Part shown: positions 58,708 through 64,000 of the stretch, piece after piece
Layout of the letters: each line of letters starts with the position of its first letter
How positions within the stretch are numbered: the first letter of the stretch is position 1
DNA from: Acidobacteriota bacterium
GTDB lineage: Bacteria > Acidobacteriota > UBA6911
Direction of reading: 5' to 3'
Length of the DNA: 64,000 nt
Assembly (NCBI GenBank): GCA_963664705.1
Contig: OY761556.1
Span: 2,496,001-2,560,000, forward strand
The notes under the pieces: generated by a model
Databases searched by the model: none
Told to the model about the DNA's origin: nothing
Seen by the model: the letters and a program-made list of their open reading frames with translations, nothing else
Made by a program: the position numbers and the translations under genes

Positions 58708-58790
58708 AGGGAGAGTCCGTAGATGAAATCTTAGAAGCATAATAGTAGAGCGAACTGCTGTCTTTCTATTTGAAGGCCATAAATGCAGAA

Positions 58791-59474
58791 ATGAAGATGA
58801 CTATGAAACAACGCATCTCGATTCTGAAGTCGAGCGGTAACCTGAGCCTTTTAGGAACGTGGAACAGTAGTGTTTCCTTAACATCAATCACTTGCAATTT
58901 GAATCCGGGGCATCAAAGGGTAGGGCCAAGAGTAGGGCAATTGAGTGTTGAATTGAATAAAAAAGTCATGAAAAATCAAATTGCCTGGACTTGGTACTCC
59001 AATTGTTTGGTGTCGCAAAACTCTCTTGAAGTGTTTCGAAATGCATCATTAACTGGGTTCGATATTCAATCAGTCGAAATCACGCAAAAAGGGAGCATTG
59101 TCGACCACAGTTTCAGCGAATTACTGGTCACAGGTTGGGGAGGAGTGGCGCCTGAAGCATGTGGTGTAAAACTCTTGGAATCATGCCCCGCCTGCGGTCT
59201 TCTTCGGTACAGTGCCGTTACGGATTGGAATCATCTTATTGATTTGGATGCGTGGGATGGTTCAAGTATTTTTATGGTATGGCCATTGCCCAAGTATATT
59301 TTTCTAACCGAAAAAGCCGCAGAGATCATAAAAATTCTTGGTGGCGACAGCACTGACGTTATACCTATTGGAGACCTTGAACCACAGAAGGGAGAATTAT
59401 CTCCAGGGCGATTGGGCAACTGGCTTTCAGAACACAGAATTGAGGAGCTGAATGTAGACCAGACAATTCGATAG
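58791..59474 (+). CDS. Putative cognate immunity protein (double-CXXCG/Imm11-like)
   Basis: Directly after the toxin, AT-rich, C..NPGH, LTGF, CPACG and WDGSSIF...IFLTE motifs. Start uncertain. Confidence 0.7.
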   Translation: MKMTMKQRISILKSSGNLSLLGTWNSSVSLTSITCNLNPGHQRVGPRVGQLSVELNKKVMKNQIAWTWYSNCLVSQNSLEVFRNASLTGFDIQSVEITQKGSIVDHSFSELLVTGWGGVAPEACGVKLLESCPACGLLRYSAVTDWNHLIDLDAWDGSSIFMVWPLPKYIFLTEKAAEIIKILGGDSTDVIPIGDLEPQKGELSPGRLGNWLSEHRIEELNVDQTIR

Positions 59475-59656
59475 GGTGAAGTGATGGAATGTTAAAGGGA
59501 ATGCGTATTCCCGCTATTCAGGTGGCACGGGGCATTTCCTCGTTTCTGTTTTCAGGCCGGCTACAAAAGATTGTCCCGAGGAAGAATCCTGTACACCTAT
59601 CATTTACAGGAAAATAAGCTTGGATACCCATTTGCTCTCAATATCAGGAGAAGTTA

Positions 59657-60091
59657 ATGAGTCGGCCAGCTCTATACCTTTTGTATCTTTTGTTTGCCCC
59701 AGTCTGTTTAGGACAAACAATAACGGTTCGTATCATTGACGTAGAAACTGGGAATCCATTGCCAAGTCAGCGAGTTTCAATATCCCTAATGTATGAAAAA
59801 GGGGATAAAACTCCTGCTAACTACATATCGCCTGTCATCCTAATTACAGACGATAAAGGATCCGCTCAAATTAGCATACCCTCTCCCGCACCAAGGTATG
59901 TAAATTTTCTCGTTGCGCTGAGTTCTGAGTGGTGGCAGTCAGAACGCGACCAGCGATTTACCCTAAAAACAAAAGAATTGATGCAAAAGGGGGCGGTTGG
60001 GAGGATGGTAAGTGAGGGAAGGAATGAGACTGCCCTAACGGCAAAACCGAGAGAAGTGCTTATTCTAACTCGGCCCCTTGTGTATCCTTAA
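59657..60091 (+). CDS. Secreted hypothetical protein, possible orphan immunity gene
   Basis: AGGAG RBS, signal peptide, AT-rich, located in the Rhs downstream array. Confidence 0.6.
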   Translation: MSRPALYLLYLLFAPVCLGQTITVRIIDVETGNPLPSQRVSISLMYEKGDKTPANYISPVILITDDKGSAQISIPSPAPRYVNFLVALSSEWWQSERDQRFTLKTKELMQKGAVGRMVSEGRNETALTAKPREVLILTRPLVYP

Positions 60092-60177
60092 TGCAAGCCC
60101 AGTCACTACGCGGCATGGATGGCTTCCTGCAGAATTCGATCGCGTAGAGCAGGCTTGATGCCGTCGCGCAAAAACCA

Positions 60178-60298
60178 GGCTTACGTCAGAAATGATCCCG
60201 TGAATGGGGTTGATCCAGATGGGAATATAGCAAGGCAGGTCACCTATATCTCCGTTCCCATCTACTCGTCTTGTGAGTATTGGGATTCAAATTGGGGT
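60178..60298 (+). pseudogene. Orphan Rhs core-end/C-terminal stub cut by IS3
   Basis: AYVRNDPVNGVDPDG with nucleotide similarity to 57958-58002, followed by a different tip that ends at the IS boundary. Confidence 0.8.
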
Positions 60299-60322
60299 TG
60301 ACCCGAAACTGTTGACACGAAG

Positions 60323-61186
60323 TTAAGCGGCTTTGGCAGATTCCTCATAGGCTTCAGGGCTCCGATAGCCCAGAGCCGAGTGAAGCCGCTGTCGATTATA
60401 AAACACTTCGATATACTCAAAAATATCTGATTGCGCCTCCTTTCTCGTTTCGTAATTTCGATGATAAATAAGTTCTGTTTTCAGCGTGGCAAAGAAACTT
60501 TCCATAACAGCATTATCCCAGCAATTGCCTTTGCGGCTCATGCTGCAAAGAACTCCGCTAGATTTCAATAACTTCTGGTAATCCCCGCTGGCGTATTGGC
60601 TGCCTCGATCTGAATGATGGAGCAGACCTGGTGATGGGTTACGTTTGAAAAAAGCCATGCACAGAGCTCTTTCAACCAGATGTCGACAAATCCGGCTACC
60701 CATGGCCCAGCCAACGATCCTTCTTGAGTACAGATCCATCACCGCGGCCAGATACAACCAGCCTTCTTTTGTTGGGATGTATGTGATATCCGCCACCCAA
60801 GCTTTGTTTGGCATTTTCACCGCAAATTCCCGGTTCAACACATTTGGAGATATCGGGAAATTATGTTTTGAATCTGTCGTAACTCTAAATTTCCGTTTCT
60901 GTTTGCCTTGGATCCTATTCTCGCGCATTAGCCTGGCAATACGATTCCTGCTGTGTAATTTGGACACTGCCCGCAATTGCGCATGAATTCTGGGACTTCC
61001 GTACGCGCCCCGGCTTGCCCGATGAATTGCCCGAATTGCTAGTAATAATCGGCTGTTCTCTGCATTCCTCGGGCTCTCGGGCCGCTTGAGCCAAAGGTAG
61101 AATCCGGCTCTGGATACTTCAAGCACTCGACACATCAGCGATATCGTAAATTCATGCCGATGCGCTTGAATGAAGCCATACCTCAT
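60323..61186 (-). CDS. IS3 transposase OrfB (integrase core)
   Basis: [22 protein letters not shown] and [11 protein letters not shown] motifs. Confidence 0.95.
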   Translation of the reverse strand: MRYGFIQAHRHEFTISLMCRVLEVSRAGFYLWLKRPESPRNAENSRLLLAIRAIHRASRGAYGSPRIHAQLRAVSKLHSRNRIARLMRENRIQGKQKRKFRVTTDSKHNFPISPNVLNREFAVKMPNKAWVADITYIPTKEGWLYLAAVMDLYSRRIVGWAMGSRICRHLVERALCMAFFKRNPSPGLLHHSDRGSQYASGDYQKLLKSSGVLCSMSRKGNCWDNAVMESFFATLKTELIYHRNYETRKEAQSDIFEYIEVFYNRQRLHSALGYRSPEAYEESAKAA

Positions 61187-61476
61187 TTGGATTCTTTGGC
61201 AAAGAACGCCGTCGCTTTTTTTAATATATCGCGCTCCTGACGCAGTAAGGCATTCTCGCGCCGTAGGCGACGGAGTTCTTCCTCCTCTGGTTTCAAATGC
61301 CCAGATCCCGGAAATGCTTGAGAGGTGTTTGCGAATTCCTTTTTCCAACGTGTCAGCATGTTTGCGTTTATTCCCAAATCTCTGCTGGCCTGTGCAATGG
61401 TGATATTTGACTCGGTGAGCATACGAACTGCTTCGATTTTGAATTCCTTCGTGTACTTCCTTCGCTGTTTTTCCAT
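61183..61476 (-). CDS. IS3 transposase OrfA
   Basis: [16 protein letters not shown], leucine zipper, [15 protein letters not shown]. Confidence 0.95.
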   Translation of the reverse strand: MEKQRRKYTKEFKIEAVRMLTESNITIAQASRDLGINANMLTRWKKEFANTSQAFPGSGHLKPEEEELRRLRRENALLRQERDILKKATAFFAKESK

Positions 61477-61707
61477 GACACACCCTCTGGTGGACTAGAA
61501 TGTTCCACCCTTTTCAGTGTGTCAACGGAATCGGGTCATGGTTAAATCGAGAAGCATGGATAACGGAAGTTACCTTATCCGGTATCTCATTGAAACCAGC
61601 CTTTGTAGATGAACCTCTGAGAGCCAGATTTGGAAAACTGGACAAGGGGATAAGTGCTAATCTTGCCCAAACTGAAGGCCGGCCTTCGGGGAAATAACAA
61701 ATTGGAG

Positions 61708-61733
61708 AAAAAGGGGCGAAGTCTCCTCGCCCC
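61708..61733 (-). terminator. Intrinsic terminator ending the phage late/lysis operon
   Basis: GGGGCGA/TCGCCCC stem followed by T5 on the minus strand, just after the stop at 61742. Confidence 0.7.
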
Positions 61734-61741
61734 CCGATATT

Positions 61742-62002
61742 TCACTGCTGTGCCGGATCCGGTTGAATCGCATCGATGGCAGCCTGAGCTGCTGCTATCA
61801 GCAACTGCAGATCAGCAACTGATTGAGTCTGGGCTTGCGTCAGACTTGTCTGAGCAGTTGCCAGCTGCGCCTGAGCTGCCGCTAAAGCATCCTGCGCGGA
61901 TTTGGCCGCAGTGCTAGCTCCGGAGAGCGTTCCTTCATCTGTTTTTACTGCTGCGAACGCGTCGTCGACAGATATAGGTGTGGGTAATGGCTGAGTAGAC
62001 AT
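61742..62002 (-). CDS. Small Ala/Gln-rich coiled-coil phage protein
   Basis: AGGAG RBS before ATG 62002, last gene of the operon. Confidence 0.7.
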   Translation of the reverse strand: MSTQPLPTPISVDDAFAAVKTDEGTLSGASTAAKSAQDALAAAQAQLATAQTSLTQAQTQSVADLQLLIAAAQAAIDAIQPDPAQQ

Positions 62003-62064
62003 ATGACGTCTCCTTCTGAAATTGTGTGAGATTTGAAGCACCTTAAAAAATGATGAGGGATCGT

Positions 62065-62835
62065 TTACTTTCCCCATCCGATCGAGAGGCCTGCAAAGAT
62101 GTTCGTGGTTTGCTGCGGAGTTGAAATATTGGTTTTGGTCCAGCGCACTTCGGGTGAAAGCCTCCAACCTTTCTTTCCGATCGGGATCACTCCGAAAATC
62201 CCATTGGTCCAGGCACAGCCGGCGTTGCTTTCGCCCGCCCCCGGACCGATCGCAGTTGTCAGAAATACCGGCACGTTATCAATTAAAAACGTCTTTTGAG
62301 CGATTCCCGGCATGAACGAGAATGCGACGGTGAAAGGCTGCAGCGTCTTCGAATAAACATCCAGAAATTCCACATTGTACATTCCGGCATCCGTGATCCG
62401 GTGAAGGTAACGAACCCCGCCGCCGACTTGCGGTGTAGAGTTTTGGTTCCAGTTGGCGCCGACCATGTAAATATCTGCCGGCAGATCCTGCGCCCTCGCG
62501 ATGGAAGGAAGAATTAGGCATGCCATCAGCAGAGGCAGGATGACCGCAGCCATTCCGCCGCCCCCCGGTTTTGACTGATAGGCAAGCTTGGCCGGAGTTC
62601 CATCCGGGTTTTTAAAATGGGCGAGGAATGCGACGACAGCCTGCAGCAGTGCGACAACGGCGGCAACCGTCGCCTTGGTCTTTGGCGGGAAAAATGGCAT
62701 GATCTGGTTGAGCGACTGGATCACGATTCCCGCCATCTGAAGTACCACGTTCAATGAAATGGTCATTTTTGACAGCTCCTTTAGTTGTGAGATAAAAGGC
62801 CGAAGCTTTAGATACAGCCTGATTTCTTTAATCAT
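62065..62835 (-). CDS. Holin-like domain fused through an internal signal peptide to a small beta-barrel-like domain
   Basis: Two hydrophobic helices + NPDGTPA, GGGG linker, MAAVILPLLMACLILPSIARA-QD, amphipathic strands ending AGLSIGWGK. Confidence 0.6.
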   Translation of the reverse strand: MIKEIRLYLKLRPFISQLKELSKMTISLNVVLQMAGIVIQSLNQIMPFFPPKTKATVAAVVALLQAVVAFLAHFKNPDGTPAKLAYQSKPGGGGMAAVILPLLMACLILPSIARAQDLPADIYMVGANWNQNSTPQVGGGVRYLHRITDAGMYNVEFLDVYSKTLQPFTVAFSFMPGIAQKTFLIDNVPVFLTTAIGPGAGESNAGCAWTNGIFGVIPIGKKGWRLSPEVRWTKTNISTPQQTTNIFAGLSIGWGK

Positions 62836-63254
62836 TCCCCTTCCTCCTCATGCGAGATCGTGATCTCGACATGCATTCGGTTCCGCAGAACTGAGTGAAG
62901 TTTTTCGAACAGGGCATCGAAGGCAACCCGGGAGGATCCGATCCAGTCAGGTTTGGGCCCCCGCGTCCGGCCGACGAGCAGGCAGCCATCCGTATTCGCC
63001 GCCGTATTGCCGGAGTGGATCCGGATCCCGGTGAATCCGGGCACATCGAGAATGAGCGGCATGTCCCGGTTGAACCGCCGGGAGTGGTCGATGATTACCG
63101 TGTATGTGCCCTCTGGGATCGCGGTTTCTCCCGGGACTTTGGGCCCGGTCCGAACCCTATCCTCCAGCACGTAGCACTCCTCGGCGCCATCGACATACAG
63201 GATTCCGACAGTGCTGATTTCCGTGAACCATTTGCGGACGAGATGGAGGATCAT
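62832..63254 (-). CDS. DUF5675-like L,D-transpeptidase-fold protein, putative endolysin
   Basis: ETAIPEGTY and VPGFTGIRIHSGNT..TDGCLLVG (His/Cys dyad). Confidence 0.8.
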   Translation of the reverse strand: MILHLVRKWFTEISTVGILYVDGAEECYVLEDRVRTGPKVPGETAIPEGTYTVIIDHSRRFNRDMPLILDVPGFTGIRIHSGNTAANTDGCLLVGRTRGPKPDWIGSSRVAFDALFEKLHSVLRNRMHVEITISHEEEGE

Positions 63255-63703
63255 AACTTTTTCATCAGCTCCTGGGCATGCAGCAAGAGCAGCAGCACGA
63301 CCCCCGTCCCGATGATCCGGATGAGCGGATACAGGAGCTTCTCCCGCCAGGTGCCGCTCGTTTTTTCAGAAGCGAGCCGCTCGCAGATCATCCGGTCGAG
63401 GTCTCCGATCCTCCGCTCGATGGCATTCAGGCCCCGCGTAATCGATTCCTCCTTGTCATCCAGCTTCGCAGCGAGCTTCTCGATCTTCTCCCTCTGTGGG
63501 CAGTCGATGACGTGGGTGAGCAGCGCCGCCTTGTTTTCGTCCGTACGCTGGTAGAGCGTGGCGATGGATCCGTTGACTTTGTCGAGACGGGACTTCACGT
63601 CGACATCCAGACGCCGGCAGATCTCGTCCTGCCCGGCTCCGAGTGTTTCGAGCTTGCCGTGTATCGCCCCCAGCTCAAAGGCATAGTTCGTGTGTTCAGT
63701 CAT
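63251..63703 (-). CDS. Coiled-coil protein with C-terminal TM helix (lysis-region membrane protein)
   Basis: KVNGS..HVIDCP, C-terminal hydrophobic helix, ATGA-coupled to the DUF5675-like gene. Confidence 0.65.
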   Translation of the reverse strand: MTEHTNYAFELGAIHGKLETLGAGQDEICRRLDVDVKSRLDKVNGSIATLYQRTDENKAALLTHVIDCPQREKIEKLAAKLDDKEESITRGLNAIERRIGDLDRMICERLASEKTSGTWREKLLYPLIRIIGTGVVLLLLLHAQELMKKL

Positions 63704-63753
63704 GGTCGTACCTGGTGCTCCGGATTTGGAAAGGAATATTTGTGCGGGAATGC

Positions 63754-64000
63754 CTAATACAGTTCGACCCCGTACCATTTCTTCGCGACATACCTCCAGC
63801 CGGCCTTTGCGAGACTGGCCATCGGAGATATCGCGACTGAAAGAACCTTGTTGTAGCTTTTCCCTAGGACCGCCGAACTGCCAGCGAGCATAAACAGGGT
63901 TTTAGAGATCCGCTTTGACAGGGACGCAGCCGATGCCCGGACTGTCACGAATGTCATGCCTATGGCGCGCGTGAGTTTTGCCGAAGCGGCACTTGCGACG
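63754..64000 (-). CDS. 3' end of a probable phage tail-region protein (5' partial)
   Basis: Frame open to the window edge, repetitive ASAASL.K.I.K units. Confidence 0.5.
   Translation of the reverse strand, partial: VASAASAKLTRAIGMTFVTVRASAASLSKRISKTLFMLAGSSAVLGKSYNKVLSVAISPMASLAKAGWRYVAKKWYGVELY

Larger units (their letters stand above)
60299..61538 (-). mobile_element. IS3-family insertion sequence (1240 bp)
   Basis: TG...CA ends, TIRs TGACCCGA..C.GTTGACAC, orfA/orfB with an A7G slippery site at 61215-61222. Confidence 0.95.
43767..64000. mobile_element. Prophage (or tandem phage-like elements) integrated at tRNA-Ser, extending beyond the window
   Basis: Integrase convergent on the tRNA 3' end, Xis-like HTH, recombination genes, lysis-type genes at the right end. 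No attR seen in the window. Confidence 0.85.

Noticed and set aside
58723-58734. ATG AAA TCT TAG after an RBS as a broken immunity gene start
   Set aside because: Only three codons; the downstream ORF appears complete from its own ATG at 58791-58803, so there is no evidence of a pseudogene.
60323-61483. 386-aa ORF as a single transposase gene
   Set aside because: The N-terminal part is the -1 frame overlapping orfA; the real products are OrfA, OrfB and the frameshifted OrfAB.
49300-64000. attR copy of the tRNA-Ser 3' end
   Set aside because: No match to GGTTCGAATCCCACCCTCTCCGCCA found by eye; it probably lies beyond the window.

Overview
GC-rich bacterial chromosome segment, most consistent with an Acidobacteriota genome (inferred from gene content and style, not a database hit). 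Bases 1-43.7 kb are host DNA. They hold a degenerate histidine-kinase C-terminus, a Tat carboxylesterase, and a six-gene operon with 26- and 28-heme cytochromes, an outer-membrane barrel, a His-rich inner-membrane protein and a membrane-anchored ferredoxin-flavoprotein (candidate NAD(P)H-to-surface electron conduit). They also hold a glycosylation cluster, qor, tonB, argF, an IS4-superfamily element inserted into a REP hairpin, mutS2, a class A PBP, nuoE-J-K-L-M-N, greA and the atpZ-I-B-E operon. From tRNA-Ser(CGA) at 43.7 kb to the window end lies a prophage: integrase, Xis-like HTH, ParB, nucleases and a putative annealing protein. A cargo block follows, with a membrane-tethered sigma-like protein, three paralogous extracellular beta-domains, DUF2958/RadC remnants, a signal-peptide-bearing Rhs toxin with immunity gene, an orphan Rhs stub and an IS3. 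The window ends in a lysis cassette that includes an apparent holin-signal peptide-beta-barrel fusion. Family names come from motif recognition by eye; no searches were run.
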